A DNA stretch of 64,000 nt, taken from the NCBI GenBank assembly GCA_963702845.1, contig OY969763.1, positions 704,001 through 768,000 on the forward strand, given 5' to 3'. The notes under the pieces were generated by a model. It ran no database searches and was not told the DNA's origin. It saw nothing but the letters and a program-made list of their open reading frames with translations. The stretch comes from an uncultured Verrucomicrobiae bacterium (GTDB taxonomy: Bacteria; Verrucomicrobiota; Verrucomicrobiia; Limisphaerales; Palsa-1400). How positions within the stretch are numbered: position 1 is the stretch's first letter; each line of letters begins with the position of its first letter. Position numbers and translations under genes: made by a program. Positions 19,583 through 30,237 of this stretch are shown here, piece after piece.

Positions 19583-20311
19583 GTGCGTGTGGGGACTCTT
19601 TACCGACGCGACTTGGCGTGGATTCATCACCATGCCTACGGAAATTTCGCGCGCAATGCCGCGCCACAGTTGGTTCGCATCGTGCGCAAAGCCGGTATTC
19701 GCAAAGGCACGCTCGTCGATTTGGCCTGTGGCAGCGGTATTTGGGCCGACGCCGCACAACACGCCGGTTTCGATGTCATCGGCATCGACCGTTCGAGAGC
19801 GATGCTCGAAATTGCCAAGAGCGTCGCTCCTAAGGCGCAATTTCGTTGTTCATCTCTTCACGACGTTGCGGTTCCGTCATGCGATGTTGTGACAATTATC
19901 GGCGAAGGAATCCAATATCTGCAGCCGAATGAAACCAAACCGCGTCCGCTTAAACCTATATTCCAGCGCGTCGCCAACGCACTACGCTCCGGTGGCCTTT
20001 TCATTTTCGATGCCATCGCTCGACCGGAAAAGCCGATCAATTACTTTCACAATCGGGCGGACCGCGATTGGGCAGTTTGCGTGGAGGCGAAACAAAAGGG
20101 TAACCTGCTTACTCGCAATATCGTGGTGTTTCGAAGAGAGCAGGGGACATGGCGGCGTTCCGACGAAATCCATCGCGCGCAATTGCTCGATGTGAAAAAA
20201 GTTACGAAAGCGCTCGAGGCCTGCGGTCTTACAGTTCAAGTCGCTCGCAAATACGGGACCTTGAAATTGGCTCTAAACCGCGTCGCATTCATTGCGCGCA
20301 AAACGCGCTAG
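19583..20311 (+). CDS. class I SAM-dependent methyltransferase
   Basis: LVDLACGSG, VIGIDRS, LRSGGLFIFD. Confidence 0.88.
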   Translation: MRVGTLYRRDLAWIHHHAYGNFARNAAPQLVRIVRKAGIRKGTLVDLACGSGIWADAAQHAGFDVIGIDRSRAMLEIAKSVAPKAQFRCSSLHDVAVPSCDVVTIIGEGIQYLQPNETKPRPLKPIFQRVANALRSGGLFIFDAIARPEKPINYFHNRADRDWAVCVEAKQKGNLLTRNIVVFRREQGTWRRSDEIHRAQLLDVKKVTKALEACGLTVQVARKYGTLKLALNRVAFIARKTR

Positions 20312-21435
20312 TTATTTAACTTAACCCGATACTTTTGGATTTTCTCCTCGTCCAGTTCCACACCCAGCCCGGGTTTGCCATTTGGACGCGCTTGCCCGGC
20401 AACAATCGGCAGCGGCTCCTGCACAACATCGTCCTCGTAATAAAACGGCCCGATGATATCGCACGGGAAGTTTTCGGCGTGAATACCCGCCGTCGCGATG
20501 CCGAGATGCGTCATGGCCGCGCTGCCAATGCCGAGTTCCAGATTGCTCCCGATCGTGCAACGCAATCCTGCTGATGTGGCAAAATCTGCAATTTTCTTGG
20601 CAGGTCCAATGCCGCCGGCCTTGCCGACGTAAACGGAAAAAACATCCGCTGCATTCATGCGCGAAACCATTTTAGCGTCTTGCAGAGTATAAACGCTTTC
20701 ATCGGCAATGACTGGCAAACCAATCCGCTCGCGCAACGCGGCCATCTCAACAATCTCTTCCGGCGGCAACGGTTGCTCGACAAAATAAATTTTCAATTCT
20801 CGCAATCGTTCGATCGTGGGCGCTGCGTTTTTCAGATTCCAACCACCGTTTGCATCAACTCCCAATTTGATATCCGGCCCAATCGCTTCACGCACTGCTC
20901 GCACACGCGCAACATCCTCATCAGGATCAATCCCGACTTTGACCTTCATTGCCTTGAACCCCTGATCGACCGCTCGCTTCGCAATCTCGGCAGCTTTAGC
21001 CGGTTCCACTCCCGAGACTGACCACTTCGTCGTAACAAACTCCCGCACTTTGCCACCGAGCAATTCGTAAACGGGTTTCCCCGCCGCTTTACCCGCGATG
21101 TCCCACAGGGCCATTTCGACCGCCGCCTTTGTGAACATGTTTCCGGCGAAGGCCAGGCGAAATTTTTGCGTCAGTGATTCAATCTCCAGCGGATTTTGAC
21201 CGGCGAGCAGCGGTTCGAGATAAGTCGCGATCAGATGCGCAGCCGTGAATTGATCTTCACCACTCCACCGCGGCGTGCACGAAGCTTCGCCCAGGCCGAC
21301 AATTCCCGCATCGGTGTGAACCTTGACGATTAGGAATGGTGAGATCGTGTGTGAACCGCCGCGGCCACTGCGTATGGCAACTTGAGAATTGAGCGGAACC
21401 TGAATTGGAATGGTCTCGATGCGTGTAATCTTCAC
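20308..21435 (-). CDS. mandelate racemase/muconate lactonizing enzyme family protein (enolase superfamily)
   Basis: GTG start VKITRIETIP; ALWDIAGK, KVKVG, VDANGGW, FVEQP, ADES. Confidence 0.9.
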   Translation of the reverse strand: MKITRIETIPIQVPLNSQVAIRSGRGGSHTISPFLIVKVHTDAGIVGLGEASCTPRWSGEDQFTAAHLIATYLEPLLAGQNPLEIESLTQKFRLAFAGNMFTKAAVEMALWDIAGKAAGKPVYELLGGKVREFVTTKWSVSGVEPAKAAEIAKRAVDQGFKAMKVKVGIDPDEDVARVRAVREAIGPDIKLGVDANGGWNLKNAAPTIERLRELKIYFVEQPLPPEEIVEMAALRERIGLPVIADESVYTLQDAKMVSRMNAADVFSVYVGKAGGIGPAKKIADFATSAGLRCTIGSNLELGIGSAAMTHLGIATAGIHAENFPCDIIGPFYYEDDVVQEPLPIVAGQARPNGKPGLGVELDEEKIQKYRVKLNN

Positions 21436-21525
21436 TAATGAGGCGGTTATCTTGTTTTGTTTGCCCGTCAAAGCAATGCAAAAACAGATTGCTGGCGCGC
21501 GGGCTTGAGGATACAACGCGGGCAC

Positions 21526-22239
21526 ATGACCGACGGCACCCGCATCCAGGACCTTCCCGAAAGCGAACGGCCGCGGGAACGTTTGATGAAGCACGGCGTC
21601 GATGCCTTGAGCAAAGCCGAGTTGCTGGCCATTCTTCTCCGCACTGGAACCAAGGGCGCTTCCGCCATCCAAATCGGAGCCGAACTGGTGAAACGATTCG
21701 GCACACTCGACCAACTTTCCCGCGTATCACTTGACGATTTGCGAACGGTAAAAGGTGTCGGTCGCGACAAGGCGATCGCCTTGAAAAGCGCCTTTAAGCT
21801 CGCCCGATTGCTCGTCGAAGAAACTCACGGTGAAGCTCCGGTCCTCGACGAGCCGGGGCGCGTCGCCGATTATCTGCGGGAAGATAATCGGCAATACGAA
21901 GTGGAACAGTTCCAGGCTGTCCTCTTGAACAGCCGCCGCAAATTGATCCGCGTCGAAAAAATCTCGCAAGGCATCTTGGATCAAATCCTCGTTCATCCGC
22001 GCGAAGTCTTCCGCCGCGCCATCGCTGCCAATGCCGCCGCGATTGTTCTTGTTCACAACCATCCCAGCGGCGATCCGACCCCATCCGAAGCCGACATCCG
22101 AACCACTCGCGACATCATTCGTGCCGGGCAACTGCTAAAGATCGAGGTGATCGACCACATCATTTTGGGTCGCAAGTCGGCCGCCGCGCACGGAAAAGAT
22201 TATGTTTCCTTGCGCGAATTGGGCTATTTTTATACCTGA
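21526..22239 (+). CDS. radC: RadC family JAB-domain protein
   Basis: ERPRERL, ELLAILLRTG, VHPREVF, VHNHPSGDPTPSEAD, DHIILG. Confidence 0.95.
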   Translation: MTDGTRIQDLPESERPRERLMKHGVDALSKAELLAILLRTGTKGASAIQIGAELVKRFGTLDQLSRVSLDDLRTVKGVGRDKAIALKSAFKLARLLVEETHGEAPVLDEPGRVADYLREDNRQYEVEQFQAVLLNSRRKLIRVEKISQGILDQILVHPREVFRRAIAANAAAIVLVHNHPSGDPTPSEADIRTTRDIIRAGQLLKIEVIDHIILGRKSAAAHGKDYVSLRELGYFYT

Positions 22240-22240
22240 C

Positions 22241-23035
22241 ATGATTCATCTGACGGCCGTTATCCACCCCAAAGCGCAACTGGACCCCACAGTTGAAGTC
22301 GGTCCCTTTGCTGTCATTGATCAGCACGTCGTTCTCGGACCCAACTGCATCGTGGGCCCGCACGCCTACCTCACCGGCCACACCACAGTCGGTGCGAACA
22401 ACAAAATTTACGCCGGCGCCGTCATCGGGGAAGCGCCCCAGGATCTAAAATATAAAAATGCGCCCACGCGGTTGCGCATTGGTAATAATAATACCTTCCG
22501 CGAAATGGTCACTGTCCATCGGTCCAACAAAGACGAAGAAGATACGGTCATCGGTTCGGACAATTTCCTCATGGCCAATGCCCACGTCGCGCATAATTGC
22601 CAGATCGCAAACAACGTCATTATCGCCAACGGTGCGCTCTTAGGTGGGCATGTGCATATCGCCGATCGTGCGTTTATTTCCGGCAATTGCCTCGTGCATC
22701 AATTCGTTCGTGTCGGTTCACTCGCGCTCATGCGCGGCGGTGCCGCAATCAGCAAAGATTTGCCTCCGTTCACCGTTGCCCTTGGCGACAACGGTATTTG
22801 TGGACTGAACATAATCGGTTTGCGGCGGGCCGGGTTCAGCGCAGACGAACGCCTCGAGTTGAAAAAACTCTATCACGAACTCTTCCGCAGCGGTCAGAAC
22901 CTGACGAAAGTCGCCGCCGCTTGCAAAAGCACGTTCAGCAGCAAACCCGCCCAGTTGGTAATTGATTTCGTCCTGTCGAGCAAACGCGGCGTCACCGCGC
23001 ACTTCGCCGAACTCGAATCCGACGACGAAGAATAA
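22241..23035 (+). CDS. lpxA: acyl-ACP--UDP-N-acetylglucosamine O-acyltransferase
   Basis: hexapeptide repeats, PQDLKY, HVAHNC, VHQFVRVG, GLNIIGLRRAGFS. Confidence 0.92.
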   Translation: MIHLTAVIHPKAQLDPTVEVGPFAVIDQHVVLGPNCIVGPHAYLTGHTTVGANNKIYAGAVIGEAPQDLKYKNAPTRLRIGNNNTFREMVTVHRSNKDEEDTVIGSDNFLMANAHVAHNCQIANNVIIANGALLGGHVHIADRAFISGNCLVHQFVRVGSLALMRGGAAISKDLPPFTVALGDNGICGLNIIGLRRAGFSADERLELKKLYHELFRSGQNLTKVAAACKSTFSSKPAQLVIDFVLSSKRGVTAHFAELESDDEE

Positions 23036-23036
23036 A

Positions 23037-23459
23037 TCAAATCCGCTTTTCGTCCGCGTCGATGAAGTCGACGAAATTATCGATGTCCGTGCGGTGACCC
23101 ATGTTCGCCTCTTTCAGTCGCATTTTCAGGCGTTCGCGTGCATCATCAGCGTCGCGTCCCCGGTTGAGCACAAAATTATTAAATGCCGCCTTCTCCGCAT
23201 CCGACTTCTTCACATTCTGCCGAACCCAATCAGCCACTTGCCCATCCGTGATCGAATTCTTCACCACCTCGATCATCTTGTCAGGCGCTACCCCTGAAGC
23301 CTTGAGCCACGCCCCATCAAAACCTTTGGTAAAGTTTTCCTGGTAATCCTTGTGCAATTTGTCCGCGAGATGCAGGCGGATTTTATCAACAAAGCGGGGC
23401 AAATAGACCCAACCAGCCATGGTCTCGCGTGCACTGCGTGGATAAATAATCTGTTCCAT
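23037..23459 (-). CDS. DUF5069 family protein
   Basis: YPRSARETMAGWVYLPRFVDKIR...FIDADEKR. Confidence 0.75.
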   Translation of the reverse strand: MEQIIYPRSARETMAGWVYLPRFVDKIRLHLADKLHKDYQENFTKGFDGAWLKASGVAPDKMIEVVKNSITDGQVADWVRQNVKKSDAEKAAFNNFVLNRGRDADDARERLKMRLKEANMGHRTDIDNFVDFIDADEKRI

Positions 23460-23556
23460 AAGAACCAAGTTTCAGGAACGGCGTGCCGCTGTCAACTGAG
23501 CGCCACGCAAATTGGTTCGAATGTTTTGATTATTTTCGTCGTCCGTGTTTTGATAC

Positions 23557-26500
23557 ATGTCGATGCCATTCACAAACGCCAGAGTCGTTCTATGCCTCTT
23601 GCTTGCAGTTTTCACCGCGCGAGCGGCGACACCGGTGAAGCGCATCGATTTCAACCGCGACATTCGCCCGATCCTTTCCGACAACTGCTTTAACTGCCAC
23701 GGCTTCGACGAAAAAAAGCGCAAAGCCAAACTCCGCCTCGACACCTTCGAAGGCGCTACTGCAACACGCGATCCGAAGGCTGCCATCAAACCCAAAGATC
23801 TCAACGCGAGCGAACTCTGGTATCGCATCAACACCACCAACGCCGACGACCACATGCCGCCGGCTGAATCGAACAAAAAACTGACCGCCGCGCAAATCGA
23901 CTCCTTGAAACGCTGGATTCAGGAAGGAGCCCAATACAAGGGCCATTGGGCATTTCAAGCGCCGGTAACGCCTGAACTCCCGGTCATCAAAGCGAAGAAC
24001 TGGCCCAAAAACGAAATCGATTATTTCATCGCCGCAAAGCTGGAAGAAAAAGGCCTCAAGCCAGAGTCTGAGGCCAGCAAAGAAACATTGATTCGCCGCG
24101 TGACCTTCGATTTAACCGGTTTGCCACCGACACCGGCCGAAGTGGATGCGTTCCTGAAAGACAAGCGTCCTGAAGCTTACGAAGCGGTGGTCGATCGATT
24201 GTTGGAGTCACCTCATTATGGCGAACACCAGGCGCGCTTCTGGCTCGATGCCGTGCGCTATGGCGACACCCATGGATTGCATTTGGACAACGAGCGCGCC
24301 ATGTGGCCCTATCGCGATTGGGTGGTCAAGGCCTACAACGAGAACATGCCGTATGACCAATTTACGAAGTGGCAACTCGCCGGCGACCTCATGCCAAACG
24401 CGACCCGCGCGCAAAAGATTGCCTCGGGCTACAACCGCTGCAATGTAACCACGAGCGAGGGCGGCGCGATCGAGGATGAGTTCTACGTCCGTTACGCCGT
24501 CGACCGCACCGAAACAACCGCCGTGGTCTTCATGGGATTGACCGCGGGTTGTGCCGTCTGTCACGACCACAAATACGATCCCATCACGCAAAAAGAGTTC
24601 TACTCGATGTACGCCTTTTTCAACAATTGCACTGAGAAGGCGATGGACGGAAATGCGAAGGATACGGCCCCGTCCATTCAACTCCCAACCGTAAAACAGA
24701 CAAAAGACCTCGCCGCGATGGACGGAAAAATTGATGTTGTAAAAAACAAAATTTCAACCGCTCTGGCGAAAATTACCTACAAAGATCCCGGCCCAACCAT
24801 GCTGCAAACAAACGGGACGGTAGAAGAATTTGTATGGGTCGACGACGAATTGCCGACTGGCGCAGTTGCTATCAAGGACGACAAAACCCCAGAATTGCTA
24901 TGGGTGACGAACAATGTGTTTAGCGGTAAACGCGCCATTAAACGGAGCGGAACCGGCCTCGTTCAGGATTTTTTCACCAACTGCGCCTCGCCGTTGATCG
25001 TCACGAAGAACGACAAGTTATTTGCTTACGTTTATCTGGAGCCCACCAATATGCCGAAGGCGATCATGCTCCAGTTCCACACCACGGATTGGCTCTACCG
25101 CGCGAACTGGGGCGACGAAGACGCGATCCCGTTTGGCGACAAGGGCACGGAAAAGAAAAAACAGATGGGCAAGTTACCCGAAGCCGGCAAATGGGTGCGC
25201 CTTGAAGTGGACACCGCCGATTTAAAAATGAAACCCGGCCTCCGCATCAAAGGCCTCGCCCTGACGCAGTTTGGCGGCACGGTTTCTTGGGACAAGATTG
25301 GCGCGGTGACACGAGCCGTCCAAAAAGATTTGTCGCCGGTTTCCCTGAAACAATGGGAAATCCACGTGAGAGCGGAAAGCTACGTCGGGCTGCCTGAGGA
25401 TGTCGTTAAGGCGCTCATGCCAAAAAAAGGCGAGAAGGCGACCGACAAAGACCGGAAAGCATTGAAAGAATATTATCTGTCTGAAATCCACGACGGCACT
25501 CGCGAGAAATTCAAGTCCATGCGTGCCAAACTCGAACCGATGGAGAAAGAACGCAAAGAGTTGAACGAAAATATTCCGATTACTTTGGTCTTTAAAGAAA
25601 TGGAAAAACCACGTGGCGCTTTTCTGCTCAAGCGTGGCGCATACGACCAACGTGGCGATCCCGTGCAGCCGGGCGTCCCAAAGATGCTTCCGCCGTTGCC
25701 AAAAACGGACCAAACAAATCGACTGACGCTCGCCGAATGGTTGGTGGCAAGGAACCACCCTCTGACCTCGCGCGTCATCGTCAATCGTTATTGGCAGCAG
25801 TTCTTTGGTACGGGCATTGTGAAAACAGCGCAGGATTTCGGATCGCAAGGCGAATGGCCGTCTCATCCTGAATTGCTCGATTGGCTTGCGACACACTTCA
25901 TGGACAGCGGTTGGAACGTTAAACATTTCCATCGACTCCTCATGACTTCCGCAGCCTATCGCCAGGATTCACACGTTACGCCGAAGAAGATCGAACTCGA
26001 TCCCGAAAACAGGCTCGTATCGCGTGGCCCGCGTTTCCGTCTTGATGCCGAGGAAATCCGCGACAACGCACTTTACGTCAGCGGCCTTTTGGTCGACAAA
26101 CCCGGCGGACACGCCGACAAACCCTACCAGCCAGGCGGAATTTGGGAGGCAGTCGGCTACACCGCGAGCAATACGGCGAAATACGAGCAGGACCACGGTG
26201 ACGCACTTTATCGCCGCAGCCTTTATCTATTCTGGAAACGCACTGCGCCGCCGCCGACGATGGTCACGTTTGACGCGCCTTCTCGCGAAAAATACTGCGT
26301 TCGGCGCGAGCGTTCTGACACGCCGCTCCAGGCGCTGATCACGATGAACGATGTGCAATTCGTCGAAGCCGCGCGTCACCTTGCCGAACGCTTGTTACGC
26401 GAGAAGAAGGATCCTGCCGAACGATTGGATTACGGTTTCCAATTGGTCACCGCGCGCCACCCATCGGCGACCGAGAAGAGCACGTTGCGTGATTTGCTGG

Positions 26501-26664
26501 AGAAAAACCTTTCGCGCTATCACCACGACAAAACCGCTGCCGAAAAATTAATTTCCTTAGGCGAATCGCCGGTGGATAAGAAAACTGATCCGGGCGATCT
26601 CGCCGCTTACACGATGGTTTCGAGCCTGCTGCTCAATCTCGACGAAACCCTCAACAAGAACTAG
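23557..26664 (+). CDS. planctomycete cytochrome c / PSD1 (DUF1549-DUF1553) protein
   Basis: DFNRDIRPILSDNCFNCHG, LIRRVTFDLTGLPP, CAVCHDHKYDP, PSHPELLDWLA, YRRSLY, TPLQAL, LLNLDE. Confidence 0.93.
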   Translation: MSMPFTNARVVLCLLLAVFTARAATPVKRIDFNRDIRPILSDNCFNCHGFDEKKRKAKLRLDTFEGATATRDPKAAIKPKDLNASELWYRINTTNADDHMPPAESNKKLTAAQIDSLKRWIQEGAQYKGHWAFQAPVTPELPVIKAKNWPKNEIDYFIAAKLEEKGLKPESEASKETLIRRVTFDLTGLPPTPAEVDAFLKDKRPEAYEAVVDRLLESPHYGEHQARFWLDAVRYGDTHGLHLDNERAMWPYRDWVVKAYNENMPYDQFTKWQLAGDLMPNATRAQKIASGYNRCNVTTSEGGAIEDEFYVRYAVDRTETTAVVFMGLTAGCAVCHDHKYDPITQKEFYSMYAFFNNCTEKAMDGNAKDTAPSIQLPTVKQTKDLAAMDGKIDVVKNKISTALAKITYKDPGPTMLQTNGTVEEFVWVDDELPTGAVAIKDDKTPELLWVTNNVFSGKRAIKRSGTGLVQDFFTNCASPLIVTKNDKLFAYVYLEPTNMPKAIMLQFHTTDWLYRANWGDEDAIPFGDKGTEKKKQMGKLPEAGKWVRLEVDTADLKMKPGLRIKGLALTQFGGTVSWDKIGAVTRAVQKDLSPVSLKQWEIHVRAESYVGLPEDVVKALMPKKGEKATDKDRKALKEYYLSEIHDGTREKFKSMRAKLEPMEKERKELNENIPITLVFKEMEKPRGAFLLKRGAYDQRGDPVQPGVPKMLPPLPKTDQTNRLTLAEWLVARNHPLTSRVIVNRYWQQFFGTGIVKTAQDFGSQGEWPSHPELLDWLATHFMDSGWNVKHFHRLLMTSAAYRQDSHVTPKKIELDPENRLVSRGPRFRLDAEEIRDNALYVSGLLVDKPGGHADKPYQPGGIWEAVGYTASNTAKYEQDHGDALYRRSLYLFWKRTAPPPTMVTFDAPSREKYCVRRERSDTPLQALITMNDVQFVEAARHLAERLLREKKDPAERLDYGFQLVTARHPSATEKSTLRDLLEKNLSRYHHDKTAAEKLISLGESPVDKKTDPGDLAAYTMVSSLLLNLDETLNKN

Positions 26665-27301
26665 CGCGGATTTCGGGAACGCCCAAAACGCGTATTCCCG
26701 CAGGCGGATTTTCAACGCTCCATACCAGCGCGTTCAAAATTTGTTCCAACGTCACCAGCCCGAGCCGCCGCGCGCTTTCCCGAGTTGCCGGCAATCGTTC
26801 ACAAATCCAATAGAACGGAATCAACGCAGACGGCCAGCGGCGGCCGGGGCCTAGCACATACCACGGTCGCAGAATCGTTGCCGTCAAGCCGCGCTTGCGA
26901 ATCGTTTCCTCGCATTCGCTGCGAACTCCGATGTAGGCGTGCATCATCGGAGCAGGGTGGGCGACGCTCAAATAAATGAAGTGTTTAACTCCAGCTTCCT
27001 TCGCCGACTCGATCGCAACCTGCGCAGAGACAAAATCAATTTCGCGAAATTGTTTGGCTTTCGATGGACTCGGATGCGGCACGCCAATCAGTTGAATGAA
27101 CGTGTCCGCCGGACGAATCGCTGTCGTATATGAATCCGTTTGCAATGGATCGGCGACCACGATCTCCGTCCCCGACGGCGCTTTCCCTTCCGATCCTTTT
27201 CTCGCCAGGACCTTCACCATGTGCCCACGTTCAAGGAGAAGCGGCACGAGCCGCTGCCCCATATAACCGGTTGCGCCGGTGATGAAGACCTGTCGCCCCA
27301 T
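26651..27301 (-). CDS. NAD(P)-binding SDR/NmrA-like protein
   Basis: VFITGATGYMG, ILRPWYVLGPG. Confidence 0.88.
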   Translation of the reverse strand: MGRQVFITGATGYMGQRLVPLLLERGHMVKVLARKGSEGKAPSGTEIVVADPLQTDSYTTAIRPADTFIQLIGVPHPSPSKAKQFREIDFVSAQVAIESAKEAGVKHFIYLSVAHPAPMMHAYIGVRSECEETIRKRGLTATILRPWYVLGPGRRWPSALIPFYWICERLPATRESARRLGLVTLEQILNALVWSVENPPAGIRVLGVPEIRASSC

Positions 27302-28746
27302 TAAACTTGTGTCGGTACCACGAACGGCTTGCGATATTCGCGCGTGAGCAGCGCGTTGGCGTCGCTGTTGTCGATGAACTTTTCCTGCACCACATCCATT
27401 TTCAAGAATTGTCCAAGTGTCGCTTTCGTTTTATTCAGGTCGACATCGTTTTGCCCGAGGTGTTCAACCATGCGATTGAACGTATTCACTGCGTCGCGAT
27501 CGCCTTTAATGCGATCGCGGATTTCATCCGGTCCGACAGTTTTGCCGAGCCGGTACGAAATATTGCCCGTGTGGCAGAGCGCACTCGAAATGTGGCCCTC
27601 GGAAATATCCGCGTGCAAATCGCTGACTTTGCGGCTGCGCACGCCTTTCATGAAATTTTCGTAATGGCTGGAGGTGCCGTTGAAGGTTTTAACTTCTTTG
27701 CCGCTCTTATCGAATACGATTGCCTTGGTATAATCAGGCACCTGCACGCGCCCGCCTTCGCATTCGATACTCGCACCGACGGCGTCGCCCATGTATTTCG
27801 GCGTGTGATGGGCGGTTGTGCTTTCCGGTAATCCGCGCAATTCGAAAATCAAAGGTGCTTTCTCGTAATCGTGAAATATCGTCGCTGTATTGGGCGTTTC
27901 GCCATCATCTTCGTAGCCGAGGCGTCCGCCGACAGCCCATACGCGCGGCGAAAGATGCTGTTCGCCGAGAAACCAGCGGGCGATGTCCATCTGGTGAATC
28001 CCCTGGTTGCCAAGGTCGCCATTGCCGTAGTTCCAGAACCAATGCCAATCGTAGTGCACCGGGCCGAATTTCTGGTGATTCCAATGCGGCGCCAAAACTT
28101 GCGCTGGACCGGACCAAAGATCGTAGTCGATGTAATCGGGAACTTTTTGTGCGCCGTTTTTGCCGACGCTCGGGCGTGCTTTGTAACAGAGACCACGCGC
28201 CACGAGGATTTTCCCAAGATTACCTTTTTGCACCCACTCGACTGCCTCACGAATCCCGTGACTGGATCGCGATTGCGTTCCGGCCTGGCAAATACGCTTG
28301 TATTTCCGCGCTGCCTTGATGATTTGCGGGCCTTCCCAGACGTTGTGCGAAACCGGTTTTTCGAGATAAACATCTTTGCCCGCCTGCATCGCCCAAATCG
28401 ACGCTAACGCGTGCCAATGATTCGGTGTGGCGATGGTGATGACATCAACGTCTTTATTCTCCAAAAGTTTCCGGATGTCGGTATAGCCCTGCACATTTTC
28501 GCCGCGGTTCTTGGCCGATTCGACGCCGTTCCCAAGAACATGTTTATCGACATCACAAAGCGCGACGAGGCGCACGCCTTTTACATTGCGCAGGCCCGCG
28601 ATGTGGTCGCCTCCGCGTCCGTGAAAGCCAACGACCGCGACACGAATATCGCTGTTCGCGCCGAGGATGCGTTTGTTTACCGAGAATGTGAGTGCGCCAG
28701 TGGCCAGCGCCGTTTTTTGAAGGAAGCTACGACGAGTTAATTTCAT
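27301..28746 (-). CDS. Tat-exported Gfo/Idh/MocA family oxidoreductase
   Basis: TRRSFL Tat motif; ATPNHWH, YLEKP, GDLGNQGIHQMD. Confidence 0.92.
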   Translation of the reverse strand: MKLTRRSFLQKTALATGALTFSVNKRILGANSDIRVAVVGFHGRGGDHIAGLRNVKGVRLVALCDVDKHVLGNGVESAKNRGENVQGYTDIRKLLENKDVDVITIATPNHWHALASIWAMQAGKDVYLEKPVSHNVWEGPQIIKAARKYKRICQAGTQSRSSHGIREAVEWVQKGNLGKILVARGLCYKARPSVGKNGAQKVPDYIDYDLWSGPAQVLAPHWNHQKFGPVHYDWHWFWNYGNGDLGNQGIHQMDIARWFLGEQHLSPRVWAVGGRLGYEDDGETPNTATIFHDYEKAPLIFELRGLPESTTAHHTPKYMGDAVGASIECEGGRVQVPDYTKAIVFDKSGKEVKTFNGTSSHYENFMKGVRSRKVSDLHADISEGHISSALCHTGNISYRLGKTVGPDEIRDRIKGDRDAVNTFNRMVEHLGQNDVDLNKTKATLGQFLKMDVVQEKFIDNSDANALLTREYRKPFVVPTQV

Positions 28747-28794
28747 AAAGGGCAAGCCAACCGGTCGCAACGCCGCGCTGCGGCGTCTGCTCCT

Positions 28795-29245
28795 TTAGGC
28801 TTTACCCCCGTAGCTTACATAATCATCGACATCCAACAAGTCGAACCATGTGTTGATGTCTTTGCGTTTGGGCGCGCACTCGGATTTCATCTCGTTGAAA
28901 AACTCGCGCGTGTCGTCGTCATGTGGCTTGCGTTGTTCCTGCGCGGCAGACCAATGTTGGATTTGTTCCGGGGTCGGATGGTTTTTTGCGTTGGCCTCAA
29001 TCCAATCGAGAATTTCACCATCGCTTTTGCCTGCGGCGAGTTGTTCTCGCAACTTTTCAGGATCGACGCCAACGAACGTGAGGAATTGTTGATCGAGCGG
29101 GCAAGCATATTTGTATTCACCCTGTTTTCCGACCAGCACGGAACGGCCTTTATCGAGTCACTCGCGGTAAAACAACATACCCGCCGAGACGAACACGGGC
29201 GCTGCGCGGTGGACGTTGTGTCAGATCAAGAAAGTAGTTTGGCAT
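28795..29245 (-). CDS. DUF5069 family protein (one apparent +1 frameshift at ~29158)
   Basis: ATG 29245 MPNYFLDLTQRPPRSARVRLGGYVVLPRV/LDKGR...GEYKYACPLD...WFDLLDVDDYVSYGGKA. Confidence 0.8.
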
Positions 29246-29351
29246 ATTATTGACTAACTTCGAGGGCACCCGCGAAAAAATCAAGAGCCGGTTCGAAGGC
29301 CTCCGAGCCTATCGTATTGCAGGTTTCCAAAGCTGCAGACATTGAGGACCG

Positions 29352-30135
29352 TTACATCTCCAAAGTAGGACAAATCGTATCCTGCGAAGTCGACATCACA
29401 TTTACATGCGTCGCCCCGATCTTCTGCATCCGTTCACTGAGCACACGATGCGCCAATTCCGGTGTATTACAGTCGCGGCTTAAATGCGCCAAATATAACT
29501 GCCGCAATTCTGCCGAACAAATTTCCTGGGCAACATCCGCTGCCGCCTCATTCGACAAATGCCCATGTCGACTGAGAATGCGCTGCTTCAAACTCCAAGG
29601 CCGATGCGGGTCGTCCTGCAACATCTTGACGTCATGATTCGTTTCCAGAATCAACACATTCGCCGCCCGGACGCGTTCAACCGCCAGCTTGGTGGCATGA
29701 CCCAAATCGGTCAGCACGCCCAACATTTCCTTTTCGCGTGCGTAGAAGGAACCCGACCGGGTCAATCGCATCGTGCGGAATGGAAAACGTCTCCACCACA
29801 ACATCACCAATCTCAAACGAGCCACCGGTATCAAAAATCCGGCAATCCAATTTACATTGCAGCGTCGATTCGATGGCTTCCTTCGTCAGGCGATTGCAAT
29901 AAATCGGCACGTTCACCTTCGCGAGAATGCCTGTCAGCCCCGTGATGTGGTCGGAATGTTCGTGCGTGATGAGAATGCCTTGCAGGCTCTCCGGTGAACG
30001 TCCAATCGTGGCGAGCCGCTGCCGAATTTGGCGTCCGCTCAAACCTGCGTCGATTAAGAGCCGCGTTTCACCGGTTTCCAGAAAAGCGCAGTTGCCCGAT
30101 GAACCACTTCCTAAAATCGTCAGTCGCGCGGACAC
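29352..30135 (-). CDS. MBL-fold metallo-hydrolase, YycJ/WalJ-like (apparent frameshift at ~29720)
   Basis: LGSGSSGN, ITHEHSDH, HDAIDP, TDLG, ETNHD, GHLSN, LAHLS. Confidence 0.9.
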
Positions 30136-30237
30136 GGGCGCAACCTTAGAAGTTCGTCAAAAATCCAGCAATCTTTTTCAGAATTATTCTGGAATACCTC
30201 TTGAGGTAAAATGCTTCTGCACTAAAATCTCCTCTCG

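Noticed and set aside
21526..22239. radC as marker of a mobile or defence element
   Set aside because: Full-length chromosomal type with N-terminal HhH region in a housekeeping context
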